Shown here piece after piece: positions 1-9,168 of a stretch of 37,775 bases of DNA. Below the pieces are notes generated by a model. That model worked only from the letters and a program-made list of their open reading frames with translations. It was not told where the DNA came from and made no database searches. The position numbers and the translations under genes are program-made. Location: assembly GCA_049605375.1 (NCBI GenBank), contig JBMYUM010000002.1, forward strand, positions 1 to 37,775, in the 5' to 3' direction. Source of the stretch: Phycisphaerae bacterium (lineage in GTDB: Bacteria > Planctomycetota > Phycisphaerae > UBA1845). How positions within the stretch are numbered: the stretch's first letter is position 1; every line of letters starts with the position of its first letter.

Positions 1-1
1 C

Positions 2-970
2 ATCTTCTGGACCTACGGTTTCCCGGTCATCATGATTCTCGTGCTCGGTCTCGCATTTCGAAACAACCCGGAAGAGAAGATCCCTTTTGATCTGGTCGAA
101 TCAGATCAAACCGCGTGGGTCACCGCGTCTCTCGATGCCGACCGGTTTGACATCAAGGTGATCGACGCGGACGAATCGGAGGACCGCCTTCGAAAGAACA
201 AGACGTCACTCGTGGTGACCGTTGACGCCAATCGAAAATGCCAGTTCGCCTTCGACCCAGACAACCCGGAATCGAAAGTGGTCTTTGCGGCGGTCAACGA
301 CGCACTGCAGCGGGCGGCCGGCCGACAGGATGTGCTGGAAGTCTCCACAGAAATCAAACGTGCCCGCGGGTCACGCTACATCGATTTCCTGGTACCGGGC
401 TTGATCGGCATGAACCTTATGGGCGGCGGCCTTTGGGGAATCGGATTCCAACTTGTCGACATGCGCGTCCGGAAACTCCTCAAACGGCTTATGGCAACGC
501 CGATGAAACGCGCCGACTTCCTCTTTTCGATGGTCGGACTGCGAATGTTCTTTTTCGTTCCGGAGATGGGAGTCCTGCTGCTGGCTGCCTACCTCATATT
601 CGACATCCCTGTAAAAGGGGACCTTTTAACGATTGTATTGGTCGCCCTGACAGGTTCGCTGGCATTCGCCGGGATTGGTTTACTGACCGCCTGTCGTGCC
701 AAGCGTATTGAGACAATTTCAGGACTGATGAACCTGGTCATGCTCCCAATGTGGCTGACCAGCGGTATCTTCTTCTCATCTGAGAGATTTCCGGACGTTG
801 TGCAGCCGCTTATCCAGGCACTACCGCTGACACAACTGAATAATGCGCTCCGTGCAGTCATACTTGACGGCGAAACGCTCCTGACCCAATGGGTCCCGAT
901 GCTCATTCTGGTGGCATGGGCCGTCATTTCCTTTACACTCGCCCTCCGGTGGTTCCGTTGGAACGACTGA
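2..970 (+). CDS. ABC-2 type transporter permease, 5'-truncated by the window edge
   Basis: The frame is open from nt 2 (IFWTYGFPVIMILVLGLAF looks like TM1), so the ATG at 32 is internal. The layout is TM1, a ~150-aa soluble loop, then a C-terminal bundle of hydrophobic helices (GLIGMNLMGGGLWGIGF, VLLLAAYLIF, LAFAGIGLLTA, MLPMWLTSGIFF, MLILVAWAVISF). This is typical of YadH/YhhJ-type ABC-2 permeases. Stop at 968-970. Confidence 0.75.
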   Translation: MFWTYGFPVIMILVLGLAFRNNPEEKIPFDLVESDQTAWVTASLDADRFDIKVIDADESEDRLRKNKTSLVVTVDANRKCQFAFDPDNPESKVVFAAVNDALQRAAGRQDVLEVSTEIKRARGSRYIDFLVPGLIGMNLMGGGLWGIGFQLVDMRVRKLLKRLMATPMKRADFLFSMVGLRMFFFVPEMGVLLLAAYLIFDIPVKGDLLTIVLVALTGSLAFAGIGLLTACRAKRIETISGLMNLVMLPMWLTSGIFFSSERFPDVVQPLIQALPLTQLNNALRAVILDGETLLTQWVPMLILVAWAVISFTLALRWFRWND

Positions 971-1020
971 CGACATCGACTCCTGGTCCTCGAAAGCAGG
1001 GGTAGCATGGCAGGATCATA

Positions 1021-1050
1021 TTGCATGAGGCCATGCCAAAGCGATACAAT
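1021..1050 (+). promoter_or_regulatory. Candidate sigma70-like promoter for the Cys-rich repeat gene
   Basis: TTGCAT (1021-1026), 18-nt spacer, TACAAT (1045-1050). It lies 45 nt upstream of the ATG at 1096. The -35 matches 3/6 and the -10 matches 5/6. Confidence 0.3.
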
Positions 1051-1095
1051 CCTGCTTTCGAAATTCACATGTTGGGAACCTGGGAAGGACCATCC

Positions 1096-2961
1096 ATGAC
1101 ACGCTTCTTCGCTGCGTTACATCAGGACCGATTGAACGCTCCATTCTTGGTCACCCTACTGACGGTCATCGCCTTCGGTGGTGTGTCGGTTGGGCAAACC
1201 ACGACCATCTGGGTTGAAACCGAGAACATGACGCAATCATTCGAGATCGAAAACCCGCAGGTCAATGTTCGAGAAACATTCCTTCCCCCTGAGATCTTGC
1301 ACAACGACGGCAAGAGTTGGGGCGGTGCCATAGCCGGAGCCTGTGGTCCAGGAACCGGTGACTGTTGCACAAACAACGGTTCCATCGGCTGCGAAGATTT
1401 CGACTGCTGCGAGACGGTCTGCGCCATCGATGACTGGTGCTGTACGGTCGCATGGGACACCGACTGTGCAAGCTTGGCGGTGACCAACTGCGATGCATCC
1501 GTTTGCGGTGGCAACGCCGGCTGCACCAACGCCGTTGGCGATTGCTGCACCGGAAATGGCACGCCGGGATGCAACAATCCAAGCTGTTGTGAAACAGTCT
1601 GCGACATCGACGCCTTCTGCTGTGAGACCGAATGGGATTTCAAGTGTGCCAACACCGCTGAGGCGAATTGTGAAGAGTGTGAAAGTCCGGATTGCGGCGA
1701 TGCGCCCGGTGATTGCTGCCAGGTTCACCCGTCGACGGGCTGTAGCGACGCTGAATGCTGCGCTTCCGTTTGCGCGATCGACCAGACGTGCTGCACGATC
1801 GGCTGGTCACCGGCTTGCGTGGAACTGGCCATGTCAACCTGCAATTGCATCGAACCGGCCCCGTTTGGTTGCATCACCGACAACGGTGATTGCTGTACAA
1901 ACAACTTCGATGGCAGCTGCAACGATGCCTGCTGCTGCGAGCTCGTATGCACGTTTGATTCCTTCTGCTGCGTCGACACTTGGGACTCGATCTGCGGTGC
2001 TCTCGCCCTGGACTTGTGCCCCGGCGTCTGTCAGCAGAATAATTTCTGCCCGGGTATCGGAAGTTGCTACGCAGCGACCGGCAATTCCGGCTGTAACGAC
2101 GAGTATTGCTGCAACACGGTCTGCTCGATCGATCCAAGCTGCTGCACCGAAGGGTGGGACGCAACATGTGTCGCTTTGGCCCAGGACTTCTGCACCTGCC
2201 TCGAAGATACGGGACCGACATGCCCGGTCGAACCCGATGGCGATTGTTGCGACGGCAACGGAACCCCTGGCTGTGAGAACGATGCGTGCTGTGCCGCGGT
2301 TTGCGAAGTGGACAACTTCTGCTGCACGGTTCTCTGGGACGGCTTTTGCGCCGAAATGGCGGTCGATCTTTGTGGCTGCCCGACCTGTGGCGATGGCAAC
2401 ATCTTCTATCTGAATCCACCCGACGGATGGGTCGATCCAGGCCAGCCATTTGCACTCGATACGCCAGACGAATTCCAGGGGCAACGGATCTTCTCTGCCA
2501 CGACACCGGGTACGGCCGGCTTTGACGGCTGCTGGTCGATCTGTGAGTCCTTGCAGAACGGTGATCTTCATCCCGATCTGGGCAGTATCGGCGTCGCAGA
2601 GACTTTGCTGTCCGAAGCCAACCTGACACGGGTGACGCTTTCACGTGCGATCAGCCCTGGTGAGTTCGTCCGTATCACCTATACCAGCGGTACTGGGTCT
2701 ACGATCGCAACCGGACTGTTCCAGGCACTTCCCGGAGACGTGAACGGTGATGGAACGACTCTGGGTGATGACATTCGACTCTACCTCGACGAATTCGATT
2801 TCCCGGGAACGCTCCCCTTGATTCGATCTGACATTGATCGCGACGGCGAGGTCAATCCTGAGGATCTGCTCCGACTGATTGACCTGATGAACGGCGGTGG
2901 TCCCTATCAAGCATGGTTCGGCATGAGCATCGAAACGACCGAAGCCTGTCTCGCGGATTAG
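1096..2961 (+). CDS. Secreted or anchored cysteine-rich repeat protein with dockerin-like C-terminus
   Basis: The ORF-track start at 1021 is TTG. The ATG at 1096 is preceded by GGAAGGA and opens a signal/anchor-like segment (MTRFFAALHQDRLNAPFLVTLLTVIAFGGVSVGQ). Six repeats follow of consensus GDCCxxxGxxGCxxxxCCxxVCxxDxFCCxxxWDxxCxxxAxxxC. A ~120-aa Cys-poor domain comes next, then two DxNGDG / DIDRDGEVNPED Ca-binding-loop-like segments. Confidence 0.85.
   Translation: MTRFFAALHQDRLNAPFLVTLLTVIAFGGVSVGQTTTIWVETENMTQSFEIENPQVNVRETFLPPEILHNDGKSWGGAIAGACGPGTGDCCTNNGSIGCEDFDCCETVCAIDDWCCTVAWDTDCASLAVTNCDASVCGGNAGCTNAVGDCCTGNGTPGCNNPSCCETVCDIDAFCCETEWDFKCANTAEANCEECESPDCGDAPGDCCQVHPSTGCSDAECCASVCAIDQTCCTIGWSPACVELAMSTCNCIEPAPFGCITDNGDCCTNNFDGSCNDACCCELVCTFDSFCCVDTWDSICGALALDLCPGVCQQNNFCPGIGSCYAATGNSGCNDEYCCNTVCSIDPSCCTEGWDATCVALAQDFCTCLEDTGPTCPVEPDGDCCDGNGTPGCENDACCAAVCEVDNFCCTVLWDGFCAEMAVDLCGCPTCGDGNIFYLNPPDGWVDPGQPFALDTPDEFQGQRIFSATTPGTAGFDGCWSICESLQNGDLHPDLGSIGVAETLLSEANLTRVTLSRAISPGEFVRITYTSGTGSTIATGLFQALPGDVNGDGTTLGDDIRLYLDEFDFPGTLPLIRSDIDRDGEVNPEDLLRLIDLMNGGGPYQAWFGMSIETTEACLAD
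1357..2373 (+). repeat. Six tandem ~45-aa (about 135-nt plus linkers) 10-cysteine coding repeats
   Basis: The six repeats begin GDCCTNNGSIGCEDFDCCETVCAIDDWCCTVAWDTDC, GDCCTGNGTPGCNNPSCCETVCDIDAFCCETEWDFKC, GDCCQVHPSTGC..., GDCCTNNFDGSC..., GSCYAATGNSGC... and GDCCDGNGTPGCENDACCAAVCEVDNFCCTVLWDGFC. Cys spacing is conserved while intervening residues diverge. Confidence 0.85.
2737..2895 (+). other. Dockerin-like / EF-hand-like duplicated Ca-binding segment in the C-terminus of the 1096-2961 protein
   Basis: DVNGDGTTLGDDIRLYLDEF ... DIDRDGEVNPEDLLRLIDLM. These are two D-x-[DN]-x-D-G loops, each followed by a short helix, as in type I dockerin repeats. Confidence 0.6.
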
Positions 2962-3003
2962 AAAAAAGCAGTGCCGGCTCTGCGTCGGGCCATGGCCGAA
3001 GGC

Positions 3004-4239
3004 TCACTCTTCGGGTGGAAAGTCATCGGCCAACGCAACCTGCACCATGGCAGCGTGGAACCGGTCAAGATTTGGTGGATCGACCCGCGTTTTCCGTTGG
3101 AGCCCTTCGACCAGCTCCTCGACAAGCCGGTTGTATGTCGAACGTGAGTGTTCCAGTTTCAGCTCGGGCTGCACATCGGTGAACGAAGGTTCAAAGGGTG
3201 GTATCGTCTCGTCGTTTCGAACCAGGAAGACCGCATCATCGGTTTCAACCAATCCACTGACCTCCCCTTCCGACAATTCCTGAAGCTTGTCCAACACAGG
3301 TAGGTAGCGATCGCGAACATCGTCGCGGGTGACGAAATCCCACGCCCCCCCGTTGGCCGCGCGAACTCCGGACGAATGCTCCTTCGCCAGCGACGCAAAG
3401 TCCTTCCCCAATCGCAGCTCTTCCCGCAATACCCTGGCGCGCGTACGTGCCTTGGTCCGCGCGAGCCGAACTTGCTCATCGGTAGGCCGACGCGTCCCGT
3501 CGGGCAAGAAATCGCGATGACGAAGTTCGATCAACGACATCCGTTTCTTACCTGGTCGGCGCCATTGCTGCCTGTTCTGCTCAAAGAGTGACCAGAGTTC
3601 CTCACGCGTGGGCTCTGAAACACGCGGGCGAATTTCCTGATCAAGGAATCCCTGGATGATCATCTGTCGTTTCATCTGATCTCGAAAGTGCTCCAGGGAA
3701 CTTCCCTGTCGCTGCAGCGCCCGCTCGAATCGGCGTTGCACGCCGCCATGATTGGTGGTAATGACCCGTCGAATCTCACCGTCAACGAGTTGATCAAGTT
3801 GCTTCTGTGACTGCTCGGGCAGCCGCAGTTCGGTATGCTGGTAGAGCAACATCTCCGTCAGTTTTTCCGAGATCAACCGTGCGGCCAGTTCAGCCACGTA
3901 GCGTTGGTACCGCATCGGACCGAACGCCTGTTGTTTCCGCAGCTTTTCGTGCGAACCTGACCACATGTCGATCGCCTTGGTGGATTCCGTTCCGACGCGC
4001 AGGACAAACACCGGACCGGCGGCCGTCGGATCCTCCAACCGAGTCTGGTTCCGCACGTCTGTCGATTGAAGTGTCTCGCGTTCACGAGCGGACTGAATGC
4101 GCTCCGCCGTCTCCCGTTGGCGAACTTCTTTCTGGGACTTGTCATTCTGACACGCCCCGATCAGTGCTATCGTGCCCGCCAGAAACAAACGAAGTATCGA
4201 AGAATATGACGCAAACCGTCGTGGTGCCGACTCGCACAT
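3004..4239 (-). CDS. SurA/PrsA-like parvulin-type peptidyl-prolyl isomerase, predicted lipoprotein
   Basis: N-terminal lipoprotein-like signal RLFLAGTIALIGAC (lipobox-like IGA-C). It has a long helical SurA_N-like region and a C-terminal parvulin-like segment (GKDFASLAKEHSSGVRAANGGAWDFVTRDD...EVSGLVETDDAVFLVR). Its ATG at 4239-4237 overlaps the mfd stop (TAATG). Confidence 0.75.
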   Translation of the reverse strand: MCESAPRRFASYSSILRLFLAGTIALIGACQNDKSQKEVRQRETAERIQSARERETLQSTDVRNQTRLEDPTAAGPVFVLRVGTESTKAIDMWSGSHEKLRKQQAFGPMRYQRYVAELAARLISEKLTEMLLYQHTELRLPEQSQKQLDQLVDGEIRRVITTNHGGVQRRFERALQRQGSSLEHFRDQMKRQMIIQGFLDQEIRPRVSEPTREELWSLFEQNRQQWRRPGKKRMSLIELRHRDFLPDGTRRPTDEQVRLARTKARTRARVLREELRLGKDFASLAKEHSSGVRAANGGAWDFVTRDDVRDRYLPVLDKLQELSEGEVSGLVETDDAVFLVRNDETIPPFEPSFTDVQPELKLEHSRSTYNRLVEELVEGLQRKTRVDPPNLDRFHAAMVQVALADDFPPEE

Positions 4240-7200
4240 TAGGACGCCTCCAGCTTGGTACAGGCTTTGACCAGCATGTTCGAAAGCACCCGCAGCAACG
4301 TAGGTTGCTCCATGTAATTGGGCGGAAGTCGCAGATGAACTGACTTTTCATCCGGCAAGCGAACCGAACCCGGTGCGTCTCGGAACAACGGCTCCGATGC
4401 AGATACGCTGCGAATGGAAAACACGACGTCCTGTCCTCGTACGCTGATCGATGTGACTCCGAACTGTCGCGCGCGAATCCGAATTTCCGCGACCTCCAGC
4501 AATCGGGAAACCGGCTGCGGGTATTTGCCGAACGCATCTTCCAGGTCCCGCCCCAGCTGCTCGAGGTCCGGCACCGACTGTGTGTCCACAATTCGGCGGT
4601 ACACCTCCAGCCGCGCGCGATCCGAACTGATGTAGTTTCGCGGAAGGTGGGCGGCAACGTCAAGATCCACGTGGACGGGCTGGTTTTCCACGTCATCGTC
4701 ATCGCGAAGACGACGCACAGCCTGCTCCAGCAGGCGACAGTACATGTCGTAACCGACCGCGGCGATGTGCCCGCTCTGCTCAGCACCCAGCAGGTTTCCC
4801 GCTCCGCGGATCTCAAGGTCCCGCATGGCAATGCGGAATCCAGCCCCGAGTTCACTGAATTCCTCAATGGTCTTCAGCCTCTTGACCGCATTCCGCTTCG
4901 GCGGATGCTTCGGCGACAGCATCGGGTAGCAATAGGCATGGCGATCCGATCGCCCGACACGACCTCGCAATTGATGGAGGTCGGCCAATCCGAAACGCTC
5001 CGCGCGATTGATGAAGATGGTATTGACGTTGGGATTGTCGATTCCACTCTCGATAATCGTGGTGGCCAGTAGAATGTCCGCCTCACGCCGGTTGAACTTG
5101 TGCATGACCTCTTCAAGCGAATTGCCCGGCATCTGACCATGCCCGATCACCACCTTCGCTTCCGGTACGATACTGCGAAGCGTATCCCCCATGGCCTCGA
5201 TCGACTGAACGAAGTTGTGAATGAAATACACCTGACCGTCACGGTTGAGTTCACGCATGATCGCTTCGCGGACAAATTTCCGATCGAACTGCCGCACGTG
5301 GGTCAAGATAGACCGACGATCGACGGGCGGCGTCTGCAACGAACTGATATCACGGATGCCCATCATGGCCATGTGAAGCGTTCGCGGAATCGGCGTTGCC
5401 GTTAAAGTTAAAACGTCAACCGTTTCGCGCAATGACTTCAGCTTCTCTTTATGTTCCACCCCGAACCGCTGTTCTTCGTCAATGATCACAAGACCGAGAT
5501 CCGCAAACCGTACATCCTTGCTCAAGAGACGATGCGTCCCGATGACAATATCCACCCGTCCCTGTTTGGCGTTCTCGATGACCTTCTTCTGTTCGGCCGG
5601 CGTGCGGTATCGTGACAGGCAGGCGATCTGGAATGGAAAGTCTGCCATACGCTCACGGAACGTGTTGTAATGCTGCTCAGCAAGCACGGTCGTAGGAACA
5701 AGGACCGCCACCTGTCGTCCATATTCGACAACCTTGAACGCACCACGCATGGCGAGTTCAGTTTTCCCATACCCGACATCACCACAAACCAAACGGTCCA
5801 TGGGGCGAGGCCGACAGAGGTCCTCCTTGATCTCACGGGCAACTTCGAGTTGATCTTCCGTTTCGTCATAGAGGAACGCCGCTTCAAATTCCCTTTGCCA
5901 TTCGGTGTCAGCGGGATAGGCGGTCCCTTCGGCGGCGTTTCGTGTCGCTTGAACGCGAAGCAGCATCTCGGCCAGTTCAGCAACGGACTCAGCGACCTTC
6001 TCTTTCGCCCGACTCCAACGCTTGCCGCCGAGTTTGGACAGCTCCGGCTTCTTGCTTCCAACGCCAATGTACTTCTGGACGAGATCGATCTGTGTACAGG
6101 GCACATGGATCATCGCCTCATCTGCGAATTCAAGGGTTAGAAACTCCTCGCGCTGGTCGGAGTCCCCCTTCTGCATGTTGACCAACCCTCGAAAGCGTGC
6201 GATGCCGTGAACGGCATGGACAACAACTTCACCGGGTTGCAAGTCGGTCCAGGATTCGAGCGGCTTACCGCTGTGCACACGTCGGATACGACGCTTCCGC
6301 CGCTGTCGGTGAAAGATCTCGTGGTGGGCGACAACGAGCGTTTTGCTGGAGGGCCAATCGAAACCGCGATGCAGGACGCCCTGACAGAGTTCGATGGAAC
6401 GAACGGCCTGTCCATCCTGATCGGCAAGCATCTCTCGCAGGCGACTGCGTTCCCCTTCATTATCACAAACGACAAAGACGCTGTGATCCACGGCGAGCCG
6501 CGCTAATTCAGCCACCGCCTCCGCCGGATCTGTTTCAAATCGGGCAAGCGATTTTGACGTGAAGGCGAATTCCTGTTCACCGCGAACCGCCCCGCCACCG
6601 AATCGGGTGATATGCACCTGATCTCGTGCATCGGCGTACTGCATGGCTTCTTCGGCCGACAGCACACCCTGCAAACGCCCCATTCGCTTGCGAAGGGTCA
6701 ATCCCATCTCCTGAATCTCGCCCGGTGCATCAATCACCACCAGCGCATCGTCAGGCAGGTAGGAAAACAGGACAGAAGAATCCTGGTCAACGAGTGTCTG
6801 ATCTTTGGGTAGCGAGGCGACCGTCATGATCCGAAGATTGTCTTGCGACCGCTGCGTGCTGGGATCGAAATGCCGAATCGCCTCGATCTCATCGTCGAAG
6901 AATTGAATCCGTACGGGCAACTGGTCACCGGGGATGAACATGTCAACGATATCGCCGCGCATGGCGACATCGCCGGGTGACTCAACCAGGTCCAGTCGTT
7001 CGAATCCGCGTGCCACAGCCCAGTCAACAAGTGAGACCGGCGTCACCGTTTCCGTTCGTCCAACTTTCAGAATCAGCGTGTTGGCGTCAAGCACGGCACG
7101 ACTCGGAACGACCTGCATCAGCGCCTGAATGGGACAGATCACGGTCGGGCATGCCCTGCCCTTATTGTGCAGCGCGAATTCACGGCAGATCCGCAGGCGC

Positions 7201-7499
7201 TCGGCTTCAATCTCACCGGACGCCGCGCCTTCACCTGGAATCGTCTCCCAGGCGGGAAACAGTGCCACGTCCTCGCCTAGAAACAGCTCCAGATCATCGC
7301 GCCAATGTTCGGCGTCTTCAGCGTGGGCGGTCACGATCAGAATCGGTCTGGATTTGGCTTTGAGGGCTTGGGCTATGACGTAGGGCGCAGCGGATCCCCA
7401 CAGCCCGGACATGTGAGCGGTTCCTTGCCCGTCACGGACCCATTCCGCCAATGCCCCCATCGACGGATCATCACGTAGCGTGGAAAACTCAAGCATCAC
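4239..7499 (-). CDS. mfd: Transcription-repair coupling factor Mfd
   Basis: 1086 aa with superfamily 2 helicase motifs GDVGYGKTE (Walker A) and LVIIDEEQRFGV (DEEQ box), plus an UvrB-homology N-terminal region and a TRCF C-terminal domain. The codon at 7499 is GTG and an ATG follows at 7496, so the start is uncertain by 3 nt. Confidence 0.95.
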   Translation of the reverse strand: MMLEFSTLRDDPSMGALAEWVRDGQGTAHMSGLWGSAAPYVIAQALKAKSRPILIVTAHAEDAEHWRDDLELFLGEDVALFPAWETIPGEGAASGEIEAERLRICREFALHNKGRACPTVICPIQALMQVVPSRAVLDANTLILKVGRTETVTPVSLVDWAVARGFERLDLVESPGDVAMRGDIVDMFIPGDQLPVRIQFFDDEIEAIRHFDPSTQRSQDNLRIMTVASLPKDQTLVDQDSSVLFSYLPDDALVVIDAPGEIQEMGLTLRKRMGRLQGVLSAEEAMQYADARDQVHITRFGGGAVRGEQEFAFTSKSLARFETDPAEAVAELARLAVDHSVFVVCDNEGERSRLREMLADQDGQAVRSIELCQGVLHRGFDWPSSKTLVVAHHEIFHRQRRKRRIRRVHSGKPLESWTDLQPGEVVVHAVHGIARFRGLVNMQKGDSDQREEFLTLEFADEAMIHVPCTQIDLVQKYIGVGSKKPELSKLGGKRWSRAKEKVAESVAELAEMLLRVQATRNAAEGTAYPADTEWQREFEAAFLYDETEDQLEVAREIKEDLCRPRPMDRLVCGDVGYGKTELAMRGAFKVVEYGRQVAVLVPTTVLAEQHYNTFRERMADFPFQIACLSRYRTPAEQKKVIENAKQGRVDIVIGTHRLLSKDVRFADLGLVIIDEEQRFGVEHKEKLKSLRETVDVLTLTATPIPRTLHMAMMGIRDISSLQTPPVDRRSILTHVRQFDRKFVREAIMRELNRDGQVYFIHNFVQSIEAMGDTLRSIVPEAKVVIGHGQMPGNSLEEVMHKFNRREADILLATTIIESGIDNPNVNTIFINRAERFGLADLHQLRGRVGRSDRHAYCYPMLSPKHPPKRNAVKRLKTIEEFSELGAGFRIAMRDLEIRGAGNLLGAEQSGHIAAVGYDMYCRLLEQAVRRLRDDDDVENQPVHVDLDVAAHLPRNYISSDRARLEVYRRIVDTQSVPDLEQLGRDLEDAFGKYPQPVSRLLEVAEIRIRARQFGVTSISVRGQDVVFSIRSVSASEPLFRDAPGSVRLPDEKSVHLRLPPNYMEQPTLLRVLSNMLVKACTKLEAS

Positions 7500-7612
7500 A
7501 AAACTTGGTCAGCGCAGGAATCCGTTCCTGACCGTCGCATCTGACCGCTTCCACCGAACGGCACGGAACGCTGGTGCCGCGTCCGGTCGATTTCCTTCTC
7601 ATTGCAAGTGAG

Positions 7613-8863
7613 TTACGAGGACGAATCGGCGACCTCTATCTTCTTCTTTTCGTCCAGCAGGCGGCCCACCTCAACGACATCTTTGTCACCGCGCCCCGAA
7701 AGATTGACCACAACCGATTGGTCCGGCTTCATTCCCGCTGATCGGCAAATGGCCTCAGCGACCGCGTGGGCCGTCTCCAGCGCCGGAAGTATGCCCTCGA
7801 TACGAGACAGTTGCAGGAACACCGACAGAGCGGCCTCGTCACCGACAGACACGTATTCGACCCGCCCCTCGTCCTTCCAGAACGAGTGTTCCGGTCCAAC
7901 ACCGGGATAGTCCAGGCCGGCTGAAACCGAATGAACAGGCATGGTCTGCCCATCGTCATCCTGTAGCACGTAGGTCTGCATCCCGTGAAGAATACCCGGG
8001 CTGCCGTAGGTAAGTGTCGCGGCATGACGACCAACCGCGCCCTCTTCGCCGGCGGCTTCCACACCGACCAGTTGGACGTCTTCGTCATCCAGGAATCCGG
8101 CAAACATGCCGGCGGCGTTGCTACCCCCGCCTACGCATGCCACGACAGCATCGGGCAGAGAACCCGTTTTCTCGATGCACTGCTGACGGGTTTCCCGTCC
8201 GACGATCGATTGGAAATCGCGAACCATCCACGGGTAGGGATGCGGCCCCATGACGCTTCCGATGGCGTAATGCGTGTGTTCGCTGGTTTCCATCCAATCG
8301 CGCATGGCGGCATTGATCGCATCTTTGAGCGTTCGTTGCCCTTCTTCCACTGGAATCACGGTTGCCCCGAGCAACTCCATCCGGAACACGTTGAGTTTCT
8401 GACGGCGCACGTCTTCCGCGCCCATGTAGACCACACATTCCAGCCCACGGGCGGCGGCGGCGGTGGCCGTAGCCACGCCATGCTGACCAGCTCCGGTCTC
8501 GGCGATGATCCGCCGCTTTCCGATTCGTTCCGCAAGAAGAACCTGCCCGATGGTGTTGTTGATCTTGTGGGCACCGGTGTGGTTCAAATCTTCCCTTTTG
8601 AGTAGGATTTTCGCGCCGCCGATCTCCTGACTCAAGCGACGTGCGTGATAAAGCGGGCTCGGTCGGCCGACGTATTCGCGCAGCAATTCGTGGTACGTAT
8701 CCCAGAAAGATTGGTCGGAACGTACGGCAACATAGGCGCGTTCGACTTCCAGAACGGCAGCCATGAGCGTTTCCGGGACGAATCGCCCCCCGAACGAACC
8801 GAAGCGACCCCGCTCATCCGGCTCCCAGCGGGCGGCAAGCGCGGGCAGAGGATTTATGTCCAT
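7613..8863 (-). CDS. trpB: Tryptophan synthase beta chain
   Basis: PLP-lysine motif [17 protein letters not shown], plus GGGSNAAG and GxGxHG segments. The ORF-track start at 8866 is TTG. The adjacent ATG at 8863 has AAGGAAAA about 9 nt upstream. Confidence 0.95.
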   Translation of the reverse strand: MDINPLPALAARWEPDERGRFGSFGGRFVPETLMAAVLEVERAYVAVRSDQSFWDTYHELLREYVGRPSPLYHARRLSQEIGGAKILLKREDLNHTGAHKINNTIGQVLLAERIGKRRIIAETGAGQHGVATATAAAARGLECVVYMGAEDVRRQKLNVFRMELLGATVIPVEEGQRTLKDAINAAMRDWMETSEHTHYAIGSVMGPHPYPWMVRDFQSIVGRETRQQCIEKTGSLPDAVVACVGGGSNAAGMFAGFLDDEDVQLVGVEAAGEEGAVGRHAATLTYGSPGILHGMQTYVLQDDDGQTMPVHSVSAGLDYPGVGPEHSFWKDEGRVEYVSVGDEAALSVFLQLSRIEGILPALETAHAVAEAICRSAGMKPDQSVVVNLSGRGDKDVVEVGRLLDEKKKIEVADSSS

Positions 8864-9168
8864 CAATTATTTTCCTTGACCACAAATGTCCCGGCGACCT
8901 CAACGAATGGTCTTCCGAAGGGTTCTGACCGAACGTGGATGGGAACTACATGTCCGATGTTGTCGAATGCCGTAAGCGGCAGAAGCACGAGCGACGGTCT
9001 TCGATAGACTATAACGCGGTTGGGAAAGAGCATGTACGCCTTTTTGATATTTGATGCAAGATTCGTCACGTTGCCCGTGACGCGTCGTGCCGTTCATGGG
9101 GGACGCGATGGCATTTGTCGGTAGCCAGCCCCAAACGTCCGAATAGCCATTTCATGGAGAACAAAAAA

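Noticed and set aside
1021-1095. N-terminal extensions proposed by the ORF track, at 1021, 15477, 20847, 24508, 28529, 29507, 32101 and 32919.
   Set aside because: Most begin at TTG or GTG, overlap the upstream gene or add non-conserved sequence before an obvious signal peptide or conserved N-terminus. Downstream ATGs with Shine-Dalgarno-like motifs fit better.
1122-2644. Overlapping ORFs inside the first Cys-rich gene, such as 1493-2413(+) at 306 aa, 1834-2571(-) at 245 aa and 1874-2644(-) at 256 aa.
   Set aside because: They are Arg/Ala/Ser-rich with no motifs. The 1096-2961 frame carries a regular 10-Cys repeat and a dockerin-like end, so these are off-frame artefacts.
2962-3003. Possible bidirectional terminator between the convergent Cys-rich gene and the PPIase gene (A-tract plus GGCCATGGCC palindrome).
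   Set aside because: I could not draw a stable stem adjacent to the A/T tract. Only 3-4-bp pairings are available.
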